Assembly (NCBI RefSeq): GCF_964355755.1
Contig: NC_092674.1
Location: 16,988,001-17,052,000, forward strand
Origin: Antedon mediterranea
Taxonomy: Eukaryota; Animalia; Echinodermata
Reading direction: 5' to 3'
Length of the DNA stretch: 64,000 nt
This document shows, piece after piece, positions 25,939 through 38,619 of this stretch. A model generated the notes under the pieces. The model ran no database searches and was not told the DNA's origin. It worked only from the letters and a program-made list of their open reading frames with translations. Within the stretch, counting starts at the first letter, position 1. Each line of letters opens with the position of its first letter. Position numbers and translations under genes: made by a program.

Positions 25939-28735
25939 TTGGTTATCCGCACTTGGCGGATAACCTCTTGTTATTGTCAGGATCTTTTTTTTTTTTTTTT
26001 TTTTTTTCTTTCTTATTAGTTATCCGCTTAGTAGCGGATAACTCCTTGTAATCGTCCTGTTTCATCATATTTTTTTTTTTTTTCTGTATTATACTTCTTT
26101 CCTTCTGTCATTTTTGTGCGTCGCGTTTCTCTAAAACGTGTAAACAGAACATATCGTAACTTTGTCAACATATCGACATTTACGTGAACTTGTGCACCTC
26201 CTATTTTTGAATGACGTCAGAGTTGCGCAACGTGACTTACGCGCGATTTTATGAATTTCAATGAGTGATCATAGACTAAAAACGAAACATAATTTTGTTT
26301 TGACACTTTGTGAAAATTTAAGTCACATGAAGCGCAAACTTTCTATGGATTAAAAATAGCATGTTTCACAAAAAGTTACGCGCGCACGCGCGTTTAAAAT
26401 TTTAGAGTGCGAAAAATCAACTTCTAATCAACTTTCTATGCGTTTCATGTCATTTTGAGCATGTCAAAAATTCCCACGCGCGCGAAACTTTTTACGCACG
26501 CGGTACACACGTAGCGTTAAAAACATATTTTTTTCGCGTGATTTATGTTTTTTCAGCCTTTTATAGTAATGTTACCAACTTTTAAACAATTTCGACTTAA
26601 AATTACGTCATACGAGCACGTCGAATTAAATAATTTGCACGCGTTTCTCGTGAAAAAGTTCAAAAATTCATCAAAATTATGCCTATTTTTAAACAGTCAT
26701 AGATTCTAAACTACATGGAGAACTTTTTTTAAATTACATATTCTGGAAGTTGATGAGTTGTAGATATCGAATCATGCATTAATATGGCTAACCGGACATT
26801 GTGACGTCATCGTATGGCCACGCGAATATAAAATATAGGATTTTTGTCTCTTTCGTCATAGCTCATCACATTTAATAGAGCGCATCTCCACTTATTCGTT
26901 GTCCATTTTCACCCCGATTTTAATATATTCTAGGTCAATCAACTATCTTTTGCATGAATTAAAAATTTTTTAATTTTTTTAACGTCATCATGCCTAAAAA
27001 TTTAATTACATTGGTCATTAATTTCATCTTTACAGTAAATTTTAATCTGTTATAGCTCGTAAGAATAAAATGTGATAATCACGATTAAAACGTTTTCAGG
27101 AAGCTATTGTATTGTAGATACAAAATCATGTGAAAATTTTGCCAATCGAATGTTGTGACGTTATCATATGGCCAGTTAAATACAAAAAGTCGTATTTTCA
27201 TCTTTTGCGTTATATTTCATTACATTTAAAAGAGCGCGCATCAATATTTCACGTATTCAAATTTCTTCTACACGTTAATATGTTGTTGCTGAGATAATTT
27301 CATTCTGAAATTTCTACTTTTGCATTTCATTTTGAAACCGTCAAGATGTTAAAAATTACAATAAAATACGGGTCCCGTAATTTCACCTATTTTACACTGT
27401 TTGTGATATGTATACAGATTGTACTTTGTATACTATATGACAAAAAATAACAGAATTCAGAAATAACAACATATCATATTCTTCAGTTCAGGTCATAATG
27501 CCTTAATATTTTTCTGTGTGCAATATTCTAACGTATGACGTGCACGTGGCGTTTGTCGAGCGGATAACTAACTCGTCAAAGTGACGAGTTTCATGTCTAG
27601 TTCTTCTTTCTTTCCCAGAATTTTGTTGCGCGTGTATCTCTAAATCTTCTCAACATAACATTTTGTAACTTTATCAGAAGATTGATCTCTATCTGAATAT
27701 GTCGTAATAAGGTTTTCGGTACCGTCCGAGTTGCGCAGCGTAAGTTACGCGCGATTTTATGAATTTTGCGTATTTAATTTAGATCAAAAACTAATAAACG
27801 ATTTAAATTGGAACTTGGCAAAAGTTTAATTTATATCATGCGCTAACTTTCTATGGAGAGAAAATGGCATGTTTTACAGAAAGTTACGCGCGCACGCACG
27901 TTTAAAATTTCAAAATGCGAAAAATCAATTTCTAATCAACTTTCTACGCGTTTCATGTCATTTTGAGCATTTCAAAAATTCCCACGCGTGCGCACTTTTC
28001 TTACGCGCGCGTGCGCATGTAGCGCAAAAACATCTATTTTTTCCTTGATTTTTGTTTTTCCAGCCTTTTCTAGTAAATTTACCAGTTTTCAATCAATTTC
28101 GACTTAAAATCACGTCATACGAGCACGTAGAATTGAACAATTTGCGCGCGTTTTTGATGAAAAAGTTAAAAAATTCGTGAAAATTATGCCTTTTTTTAAA
28201 AAGTCATAGATTCTAAAGTCCGTGGTGAAAATTTTGAAAATTTCAGATTCTGGAAGTAGATGAGTTGTAGATATCATATCATGCATCGATATGGCTAACC
28301 GGACATTGTGACGTCAACGTATGGCCACTCGAATATAAAATATAGGATTTTTGTCTCTTTCTCATAGCTCATCACATTTAATAGAGCGCATCTCCACTTA
28401 TCAGTATTCCATTTCCTCCATTTTGTTATATTGTCTAGGCCAATCAATTATCTTTCGCATAATCTACCATTTTTTAAATTGTGATGACGTCATCATGTCC
28501 AAAAGCGTCAATAACTTGGGTCCCTTATTTTCACCTATTCTGCACTGTATGTTGTACGTATACAGAATATAGTGTATACCGTATATACTTTGACGTGACA
28601 CAAAATAGAGAGCGCACTAACATTTTTTCAATGGCATAATCGCTTTTCTGCGCGCAATATTCTAACGTATGACGTGCACGTGGCCTTTGCGCTGCGGATA
28701 ACCTAACTCGTCCGAAGTGACGAGTTCAAATCTAG
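25939..28735 (+). mobile_element. Unit 17 (short D-type): head 25939-26015, body 27601-28735; encloses 18
   Basis: Head loop ACTTG; tail GCGGATAACCTAACTCGTCCGAAG as in unit 1. Confidence 0.8.
26016..27600 (+). mobile_element. Unit 18 (uninterrupted, inserted between A and T)
   Basis: Same subfamily as units 11 and 15. Confidence 0.85.
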
Positions 28736-31398
28736 TTCTTCTTTCTTTCTGTATGATTTTTGTGGCACGTTTTTCTCTAAAACTTGCAAACATAACATTT
28801 TGTTAACTATGTTAACATTTTGACATTTATGTAACGTCGTCAAGCGAAGCTTTTCATGATGTTTACAATTGCGCAACGTGACGTACGCGTGATTTAACGA
28901 TTTTCTCGTATTTAACATATGTCAAAAACCAAACAACATTTTAAAGTGAAACTTTGCAAAAGTTTAATTTATATCATGCGCTAACTTTCTGTTGGAAAAA
29001 AATTGCGTGTTTTACACAAAGTTACGCGCGCACGCGCATTTAAAATTTCAAAATGCGCAAAATTAATTTATAATCAACTTTCTACGCGTTTCATGTCGTT
29101 TTAAGCATGTCAAAAATTCCCACGCGTGCGCACATTTTTACGTGTGCGGTGCGCACGTAGCATTGAAAACGTATTTTTTTCACGTGATTTCTGTTTTTCC
29201 AGCCTTTTCAAGTAATTTTACCAAATTTTAAACAATTTCGACTTAAAGAGATGTCATACGAGCACGTCGAATTGGACAATTTGCGCGCGTTTTTTATGAA
29301 AAGGTTAAAAAATTCGTTTAAAATATGCCTTTTTTTAAACAGTAGTAATTTCTAAACTAGACGGTCAACTTTTTGTGGATGGCATATTCTGGAAGTAGAT
29401 GAGTTGTAGATATCGGATTAGGTATTAATATGGCCAAACGGACATTGTGACGTCATCGTATGGCCACGCGAATATAAAATTTAGGATTTTTGTATCTTTC
29501 GTCATTGCTCATCACATTGAATAGAGCGCATCTCCACTTATCCGTTTTCCATTTTCACCCCGATTTTGATATTGTCTAGGTCAATCAACTATCTTTCGCA
29601 TGAATTAAAAATATTTTAATTTTTATGACGTCATCATGCCTAAAAATTGAAATCACGTGTGGCATCAATTTCATCTTTACAGTAAATTTTAATCTGTTAT
29701 AGCTCGTAAGAATAAAATGTGATAATCACGATTAAAACTTTTTCTGGAAGCTATTGGATTGTAGATACGAAATTATGTAAAAATGTTGCCAATCGGATAT
29801 TGTGACGTCATCATATGGCCAGTTAAATAAAAAAGGTCGTATTTTCATCTTTTGCGTCATAATTCATTACATTTAAAAGAGCGCGCATCAATATTTCACG
29901 TATTCAAATTTCTTCTACACGCTAATACGTTGTTGCTGAGATAATTTCGTTTCGGAATTGCTACCTTCGCGTTTCATTTTAAAACCGTCAACATGTTAAA
30001 AATTGCAATAAATAGCGGGTCCCGTAATTTCACCTATTCTACACTGTATGTGATATGGATACAGATTATACTGTGTATACTATATATGAATTTAAATAAT
30101 AAAATTCAGCAATAACAACATATCATATTCTTCAGTTCAGGTCCTAATGCCAACGTGAACACTTCCTTTTGTCCTCAACCTATCCCCTTAATGTTAATGT
30201 TGCACCACTTGTGCGGCGGATAACCAAACTCGTCAAAGTGACGAGTTACATGTCTAGTTTTTCTTCTTTCTTTCCCAGAATTTTGTTGCGCGTGTATCTC
30301 AAAATCTTCTTAACATAACATTGTATAACTTTATCAGAAGATTGACCTCTATCTAAAGATGTCGTAATAAGGTTTTCGGTCCAGTCCGAGTTGCGCAGCG
30401 TAACTTACGCGCGATTTTATGAATTTCAATGATTGATCATAGATTAAAAACCAAAAGTAATTTTGTATTGAAACTTGGTGAAAATTTAAGTCATATTAAT
30501 CGGAAACTTTCTATGGATTAAAAATGACAGGTTGCGCAGAAAGTTACGCGCGCACGCGCATTTAAAATTTCAAAATGCGAAAAATCAATTTCCAATCAAC
30601 TTTCTACGCGTTTCATGTCATTTTGAGCGTTTCAAAAATTCCCAGGCGTGCGCAATTTTTTTACGCGTGCGTGCGCACGTAGCGCAAAAACATCATTTTT
30701 TGGCTTGATTTTTGTTTTTCCTGTCTTTTTTAGTAGATTTACTAACTTCCAAACAATTTCGACTTAAAATCACGTCATACGAGCACGTAGAATTGAAAAA
30801 TTTGCGCGGGTTTTTGATGAAAAAGTTCAAAAATTCGTGAAAATTATGCCTTTTTTAAAAAAGTCATAGATTATAAACTACGTGGTGAAATTTTTTTAAA
30901 TTACAGATTCTGGAAGTAGATGAGTTGTAGATATCAAATCATCCATGAATATGGCTAACCGAACATTATGACGTCATCGTATGGCCACTCGAATATAAAA
31001 TATAGAATTTTTTTCTCTTTCGTCATAGCTCGTCACATTTAATAAAGCGCATCTCCACTTATCCGTATTCCATTTCCCTCAATTTTTTTATATTGTCTAG
31101 GTCAATCAATTATCTTTCGCATGATTCACATTTTTTGAAATTTCTATGACGTCATCATGTGCAAAAGCGTCAGTAACTTTGGTCACATATTTTCACCTAT
31201 TCTGCACTGTATGTAGTACCTATACAGTATATAGCGTATACCGTATATACTTATACGTGACGCAAAATAGAGAGCGCACTAAATTTTTTTTCAATGGCAT
31301 AATCGTTTTTCTGCGCGCAATATTCTGACGTGTGGCGTGCGCGTGGCCTTTGCGCTGCGGATAACCTAACTCGTCCGAAGTGACGAGTTCAAGTCTAG

Positions 31399-32368
31399 TT
31401 TGTTTTTGTAATTTTTCTTTCTTTTTATTCTGGTTTTTATTTTTTTGTTTTCCGTATGCAATTGCAAATTCTTTTATTTTTGTTTTTACAAGCTCCCATA
31501 ACAAACTTGCACTTACAGGTTCTCTATTATTTTTTAGTATTGAAACATCAATTATTTTAATTACTAATTTTGTAAATGTTTCATCTTTCAGAAAGCTATT
31601 GTTGAACATCCATAAACCAGGACCGCGTTTTTTTTCATGCAAATCTATTTTAATTGATACCGCCTGGTGATCTGTGAGAATAGCTGGACGAATGTCACAG
31701 GCTAAAACATCTCCATTTAAAAAGAGATCTTCTGATATTAACCAGTAATCCAGCCTACGGAAAATGTTGTTAAATCTCTTACGCCACGTCAATTGTCGCT
31801 TATTCATGTTTTTGGATCTCCAAATATCATTTAAATTTAAATTTTTCATTAGGTTTTTAATCGTAAAAACAGATTTATCAGACCTATTTGCGCTACCTTT
31901 TTGGTCAATGTCACTATTCATGATGCAATTCAGATCTCCACCTAGGATGATAGAATTACCCTTCCCTCCATCAAAGTCATTGTAACATTTGTGTATGGTC
32001 CTAAAGAATGCACTTCTATTTTTGCTTTCATTAGGAGCATAAATATTTATAATGTCCAATTCCTTTTCATTTATCATTAAATTAAGAAATATATATCTTC
32101 CATCAATATCAGTTAACTTTTTAACAATTTTGCATTCAAGACTATTTCGTAATAGTATCGACACTCCTCTACTATGTGAATTACCTATACTATGGATCGC
32201 TTCACCTTCCCAAACAAAGTTTGATTTGTTAATAATCTCATTTGTTAGATGGGTTTCCTGAAGCAGACATATATCCGCTTTTTGATCTTTTACCCATTGG
32301 AATAGCTTATGTTGCTTATTTATATTTCTAGCTCCTCTAACGTTTAGTGTTATACAATGTAAATTCAT
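31399..32368 (-). pseudogene. Tx1/L1 ORF2 5' part: AP-endonuclease domain
   Basis: Motifs TLNVRG, LQETH, NIYAPN, GGDLN, RLDYWL, TDHQAV. Joins in frame to 3867 (LQKQ-IKNLNE) once the array is removed. Confidence 0.92.
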
Positions 32369-32433
32369 AAGATTAGAGTAAAGAGCTTCCTAGGGAAATT
32401 ACAATATTTAGAATACATATTATTAAGATTAAA

Positions 32434-33760
32434 TTACTTGTTTTTGTTTCTCTTTCTTAAACTTCTTTTTTCAATACTCTTTGTTTTTTCTTCTGTCCTG
32501 CCTTCATTTCCGGACTGTTCCTTCAGATCTCTCGCTGCTTTCTTGTTTGTGCTAACACTTTTACTTTTTTGCATACTTTTTTCAAAGTAGTCAGTTACCT
32601 TCTTCTGTTCATGTTCCTCTCTTTCCCCAACTTCCTGCTCCTCTCTTTCTTCAGCTTTCTGGTACTTTCTTCCCGGTACTTCTAGTTCCTCTCCTTCTTC
32701 AACTTCCTCCTCCTCTCTTTCATCCACTTCCTGCTCTTCTCTCTGCTCCTCTTTGTCATCATCTTCCTGCTCATTTTGGTCTGTGTGTTGTTCTATAGTG
32801 ATCACACTTGTTTCTTTCTGCGCATTTTCATCATCTGATGATTCACTACTTCCATCAATACTAAACACTTCATCATGTGTTTCTGTATCAGATTGTACCG
32901 TAGCTCTTTTCCCGTAGTGGTTATCGTTAGCATTATTATTTTTTGGGTTTTCAAAGTTAAAAACCGATTCCCAAACTTTATTAATGTATGCACCAGGTGA
33001 ACCAGATGATGATACATTATGCGCTTCAACATTACATCTGTCCCTAGTATGCCCTGGTAAATGACACTTGAAACAGATTATATCAGCTTTGCATTGAAAA
33101 GCTAAATGCCCAGTCTTTGTACATTTTATTGCATTTCACTTCCTGACCGTCATGAAAAGCCCGTGCTCTAAAACCATTTATTATTATCTGTCTTGGTATT
33201 TGCGATTTTAGCTTTTCTACAACGACAGCTCTGTCACCGTTTAGCCAGCTGGTTAATTGACCATTAACCCTTATTTTTAGCCTTGTAACATCTCCTATTG
33301 GTTTGCATCCTAGCGCTTTCAACTTGCTAGCAATCTCTACGTCAGCAACCGATAATGGTATATCCTTTATGACTATTCTCGTTGTTTCCATGTTGTTGTA
33401 TGCCAAATAAGGATTTTTATCATGAATTGTAATATTACAATTCCTAATGTTTAGTCCATTCGTAATTAGTTTCACTCTATCATTTCTATTATTTAGATAA
33501 ATTCGCCATAGGTTCCGTATTTTTTGAGCACCGATTATACTTTCTGCAGCAATTATTTTTAGTAGGGCTATACATAGGTCTTCATCTTTGAAAAAGCTTT
33601 TTCCTGTTGGTATTTGATCAGCCTTCAAAAAGATTGGCTTCACTACACTACGTTCTTTGTTTACTGTTTGCCCGTTCATCCTGCTGATTTCGTCACCGTC
33701 AGCCTGTGCAGCACTGTACATTCCTTTGTTAGTCCCGTTTCTATGGGTTTTTGACGCCAT
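32434..33760 (-). pseudogene. Tx1 ORF1: two CCHC zinc knuckles and acidic C-terminus, 1-nt frameshift near 33125
   Basis: ORF 33083-33760 continues after a shift in an A-run as CNKCTKTGHLAFQC and CFKCHLPGHTRDRC, then into the E-rich ORF ending at 32434. Confidence 0.82.
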
Positions 33761-33994
33761 TGTTTGGCTTTCACCGGGCTTAGACGTGAACGATATACAA
33801 ATTGTTTTTTCTTAGTATTTCTTTCAGGTAAAAACTTCCACCTTAACAAAGACTTGGTTTAACTTGACTTATTCACTGTATTATACTCACTTAGAAATCA
33901 ATCGAGATTTAGAAAACGTCAAATTTTAACTATATTTCAGGAGCTGTAAAAAACTATACCTTGGTTAAGTGAAATCACAACGCCCTAGAGAGTT

Positions 33995-36930
33995 ACAAAC
34001 CGTCGAAGCCCGGCGAGAAGACCACTGGACGTGTGTTGCAAACAGAAGCGACAATGGTCAACCCAGAAAACAAGATGTCTACCAAATGGAAGAAGTGCTG
34101 GGGATGCGAGACAGACGACCATTGGCCAGACCAGTGCCCTGTGCTGCTGCAGGTACCTGCTGAAGAGAGGATGAAGCGAGCTAAGGAGTGTCATGTATGC
34201 TTTGCTTGCTTTAAGAAGGCTGGTAAGCAGCACTCAATGGTAAACTGCCGCCGAAGAAAGAAGTGTATACTGTACATTGTGATAAATTTCACCACCCAAT
34301 GTTGCATATCGCCCCTAAGTCGACGACACAACTGATGACCCTTGATCTAGATTCAAGTAAAGATGGAGATGTCGTCATGCCGATGCTGACTGCGAAGGTG
34401 TTAGATAGAGACTCCAACATCCTGTTTGACACTTGTGCCACGTTGACCTTAATAAGAGATGATCTGGCCAAGGAGTGCAAATTTCCAAGCAAGCCTATTA
34501 CAGTTGAGATAACGACGCTTGGCTCTGAGAAGTCATTGCTTCACACCAGGGTGTACAACGTCATCGTCACATCTAAGGAAGGGACATCACACTCCTTAAG
34601 TGCTGTTGGGGTACCAAGCATTACAGATGTATCCGAGATTGGTGAAAACCTACGAACTGAAGTCGAAGGGAAGCTGGGAGAGCCCATCCATAGGGGCAGC
34701 GGTGATGTTGACATTTTGATAGGGGTCAACTATGCGAAGATGCACACGGGTAGATGTATAGTTATGGGTGACTATGTAACAAGAAAGTCTCCATTAGGAT
34801 GGGTTGTGTTTGGCACAAACGCCAGAGGGTCAACAAGGCAACAACAAAACCCCATGCTGCTTGACAAGTTAGCTGAACCTGTAGATATTTCAAAATTTTG
34901 GTCCACAGAAGAGATGGGGGTAAAGCTTTCACACTGTGTCTGTACAAAGGAGGATGTGTCACTGAGCCTGATGATAAGATATTCTCAAGGATGTGGGACT
35001 CGTGCACAAAGAGCGAAGATGGTCGTTGGATGATGCCGTACCCTTGTGTTAAACCCCCAGAAGCGTTGGCAAACAATGAGAAACAATGCTTCGCGAAGCT
35101 ATGCTCGTTAGAAAAACGTCTCCAGAAGACACCAACTTCTGCTAATCAATACAACAAAGCGATTGAAGATCTAGTTGACCGTGGATTTGCAAGAAAACTC
35201 TCAATCAAGGAGAAGAATGGTTATTCTGGGCCAGCACATTTCATTCCGCATCATGCTGTAGTTAGACCGGAAAATGCTAGTACACCAATCAGAATTGTTT
35301 TCAACTCATCCAGTGTATGCCAGGGCGTATCCTTAAACGACTGCTGGAGTAAAGGACCTGACCTGTTACAGAATTTGATGGGAGTAATTATGAGGTTTAG
35401 AGAATTTAAGGTTGCCGTTGTGGGAGACATCAGCAAGATGTTTTATCAAGTGAAGATACCACTGAGCGATATGCACATGCACCGATTTCTATGGAGAAAT
35501 TTCGAACAACGTACTCCTGACACATATGTACTGACCATAGTGACGCCAGGTGATAAGCCAGCGCCAGCCATGGCAATAACTGCTCTCCTAAAAACTGCTA
35601 AAGAAAACGAAGCCAACCATCCGCAAGCTGCGAATACACTTTGCAAAGACACCTACATGGACGACATTTGCACGTCTGTCAAAGACGAAACCAATGCTGT
35701 CTACCTTACCAAGGACATAGATAGAGTTCTGTCTACCGCCAAGTTTAAGGTCAAGAAATGGGTGTCTAACATTAATCTGAACGGCGACCAGGATTATACT
35801 GAACAAAGTGTCATGACTGAGAAGGACGAGCAGAAGGTAGTGGGTGTTGCATGGGAACCGAGAACAGATGTGCTTAAGTACAAGGTGGAGCAGGACGATG
35901 TTAATGTCAAACTCACTAAGCGAACAGTGTTGAGCGAAATTTCTAAGATCTTTGATCCTATCGGATTTGCAGGTGCATTCTTAATTCGAGCTAAGATCAT
36001 GATGCAGCGTCTTTGGGCAACTGGAGTCGGTTGGGATGACGAGTTGAGTGTTGCGGAGAAAGCCAAATGGGTTAAGTTCTTTGCTGAAATGAAGAGTTTG
36101 CATGGTGTTGGATTCATGAGATGCTTGATTCCTGAACCAGATGCTGAATTACAACTAGTAATATTCTGCGATGCGTCTGAGACTGCATTCGGTGCCGTTT
36201 GTTATACGAGATGGATAATGCCTGATGGTTCAGTTCGTGTAAGGTTCCTGACTGCGAAGTCCCGCGTTGCACCGCTTAAAACTTGACTGTACCAAGACTG
36301 GAATTACAGGCAGCTGTGTTAGCAACTAGACTGTATGCGTCTGTGATCAAAGAAATGTCTGTGAAATTTAAGAAGGCTGTCTTTCTGTCGGATTCTATCA
36401 TTGCTCTATCCTGGATAAGAGGTCAATCACGTCAGTATAAACCATTTATCGCCAACAGAGTGGCTGAGATTCAGAGCAGTACAGGCCCATCAGATTGGAG
36501 ACACATTCCAGGAGAATTCAACATAGCTGACAAGATATCTAGAGGAGTGAGTGTTGACGAGTTAAGTGGCGATTGGAAAGAAGGTCCATCAAGTTAGCAG
36601 AGAATGAATGGCCAAGATCCATTCCTAAGGCAAATGAAGCAGATGTAGACTTGGAGAAAAGAAAAGTGAAAACTGTCATGCTGGTCCAAGACCACGAGGA
36701 GGCGATAAACAGTAACAATTACTCAATCTGGCGAAGACTTGTTAGAGTTACCGCTTACGTTTTTAGATTCATCACGAATTCTAAAGCCAAATGCTGCGTA
36801 GATGATGGTGCGCTGTCTTCACAAGAACTAATGGTAGCAGAACGGCATTGGGTTATTGATGCGCAAAAGTCACTAAGGGAGTTGAAAGATTATAAGTCTC
36901 TCAGTCCTTTCAGGATGAATGGTGTTGTTT
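33995..36930 (+). pseudogene. pol: BEL/Pao gag zinc knuckles, protease, RT and RNase H (frameshifted)
   Basis: CWGCETDDHWPDQC and CFACFKKAGKQHSMVNC; ILFDTCAT; PHHAV, KGPDLL, GDISKMFYQV, YMDD; FCDAS, AKSRVAPLK, PRLELQAA, NIADKISRG. Confidence 0.92.
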
Positions 36931-38604
36931 TTTTTGTCTTGTGTGGGGTCTTCCCACTTTATTATAATTCTCAGATTTATATGTATATATATTATATATA
37001 AAATAAAGGTACATTGTAGCAATTAATTATTTGTATGAATATTTCTATTTCTATTGTATATTACTAAGATTGTTACAAGTTAACAAGTAGTTAAAAAGTA
37101 GGCATATTTACATAAAAAGATGATTGATTTCAATATAATAACCATGCTTTCATTTACAATTTTAAAAAGATGTTAATTAAAATATAAAGATAAAAGATGG
37201 TAATAAAAGTCTATGAACTGTCATTAAAAACGTACTTATAAAATCTTGTTCATGTTCTGGTAGAGAGGCTATAAACTCAGAGGAGGAATATAAAATATCC
37301 TCCCTTTTCACCAAGACAAAAAGGATGAGATGAAAAAAGAGGAATGCAAAAGTTTGAAAACTAGATAAGGATGATAGAGTGGAATGAAATATTTAAATGA
37401 AAACCGTAAGGTTAGAGTCCATACACCGTGCAAGTCCAAGATGCCATTTTGGCTCTGTGTGTATGTGAGACGCTTCATACCCGATGACATCTTATTATAA
37501 TACTACTTCTACTTCTGTATACAATTTGTAATTGGGAAATAAACAAAACATATTGCATTTTAGAAAACATGAAAAAAACACTTCATACAAATTATATTCA
37601 TGCTATCAATTGTAGCAGAGTTTCCTTTTTTGCACCCCATTTACGTTGTGCCTTAATGAAGTTATACATATGTTCATTTTCTATTAGATTTTTAACTTCA
37701 GCAGTGAAAAGAATCCAGATCTTTTTTTTTATCATCTTTATCTTTTCTTCCACCATTGGATATTATGTGTACCTTGTATATACAGAATAAAAACATAGAA
37801 ATCAATTCATTTACAATATTGTTTTTTGTTCCTGTAACAATTTTAAACCATGTAATATTATCTTCAGCTGGAAAGCAATTAGCCAGCACACCTTTAAATT
37901 TGTGCCATGTCCATTGAATGGCATTGCATTCAAACAGCATGTGCTGTTCACTTTCTATCTGATTTATACAATTGTCACATAAATTATTTTCTATCAAATT
38001 CCATAATTTTAATCTTTTTTACACGGTAATATTCGATGTAAGAGTTTAAAGTTGAATTGAGCAACTTTAACTATATGTTTCATCTTGTATACCTTATAAT
38101 ACCATACTTTATTTCAATCTATTTCTACGTTATTTAGCTCACATTCCCATTTTCTTTGTGAACCTGGTTCAGTGGAACGTTTGTTTATAAAATATTTATA
38201 GTAGATAGATCCTTTAATGTTCTTATGCAACACTGAGTCATTATTACCTACATCTTGATTATTTGTATTGTTTTTTCTAATAATTTCTTTCCACCCATTT
38301 GGTATGGCATTCATAAGCTGTAAATATTCAATTAAACCATTATGTTTTTTATACAAATTTGAGATTATTTCACCTGCGGTACATACTCTATCATTTATAA
38401 ATATGTCACCAATTATTTTATAATCAGAATATAACCATGATTTGAAGTACAATGATTTATTGTTAGATAGTATAAACTTATTTTCCCATAGTTGTTGATT
38501 TTTTGAAATATTTTGGTATGCATTTCCATTTACCTGGATCTGGACTTAACAGTCGCTTGACCCAATTCAGTTTAAGTGATTCAACCACAGAGCTAATATC
38601 TGGC
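36931..38604 (-). mobile_element. 5'-truncated Tx1/L1-clade LINE
   Basis: 15-bp TSD TGAATGGTGTTGTTT at 36916-36930 and 38605-38619. Poly(A) tail. ORF2 C-terminal remnants LKLNWVKRLL, AIPNGWK, CDNCINQIESEQHMLFEC. Confidence 0.9.
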
Positions 38605-38619
38605 TGAATGGTGTTGTTT

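Larger units (their letters stand above)
25870..30257 (+). mobile_element. Unit 16: head 25870-25938, body 28736-30257; encloses 17 and 18
   Basis: Head AACATCAACTTTTTATTT plus body TTCTTCTTTCTTTCTGTATG closely matches intact unit 13. Confidence 0.8.
3865..31398 (+). mobile_element. Nested/tandem stack of 18 non-autonomous Helentron/HINE-like rolling-circle elements (about 1.15-1.9 kb each)
   Basis: Each unit: 5' TT(A/G)GTTATCCGC-loop-GC(A)GGATAAC hairpin, T/TTC tract, non-coding body, 3' sub-TIR GCGGATAAC, stem-loop AACTCGTCA-AAG-TGACGAGTT, then CTAG. No TSD; inserted 5' of a T. Confidence 0.85.
3865..31398 (+). mobile_element. Unit 1 (outermost, short D-type): head 3865-3923, body 30258-31398
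   Basis: Head loop ACTTTG plus TTGTTATTGTCAGGATC matches the unit 17 head. Body start TTTCCCAGAATTTTGTTGCG matches the unit 17 body. Confidence 0.8.
708..33981 (-). mobile_element. Full-length Tx1/L1-clade non-LTR retrotransposon, inflated to 33 kb by the Helentron-like stack
   Basis: 13-bp TSD GCCCTAGAGAGTT at 695-707 and 33982-33994. Poly(A) tail seen as T-run 706-715. Carries ORF1 and an APE-RT ORF2. Confidence 0.93.

Noticed and set aside
5226-31328. Short ORFs inside the array (e.g. 5850-6197, 11810-11995, 21601-21819)
   Set aside because: They are not kept open across units and show no Rep or helicase motifs; they recur only because the DNA is repeated.
3865-31398. CRISPR array or integron, given the repeated palindromes
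   Set aside because: The intervening 1.2-1.6 kb are homologous to each other rather than unique spacers or gene cassettes, there is no cas or integrase gene, and the context is eukaryotic.
3865-31398. Ordinary 1.5-kb satellite or assembly artefact
   Set aside because: Neighbouring units are usually different variants, heads and bodies pair in nested order, and the flanks rejoin into an in-frame LINE ORF2. Only pairs 9/10 and 12/14 are near-identical and merit read checks.
32434-32868. Separate Glu-rich protein gene
   Set aside because: It is the C-terminus of the frameshifted Tx1 ORF1.
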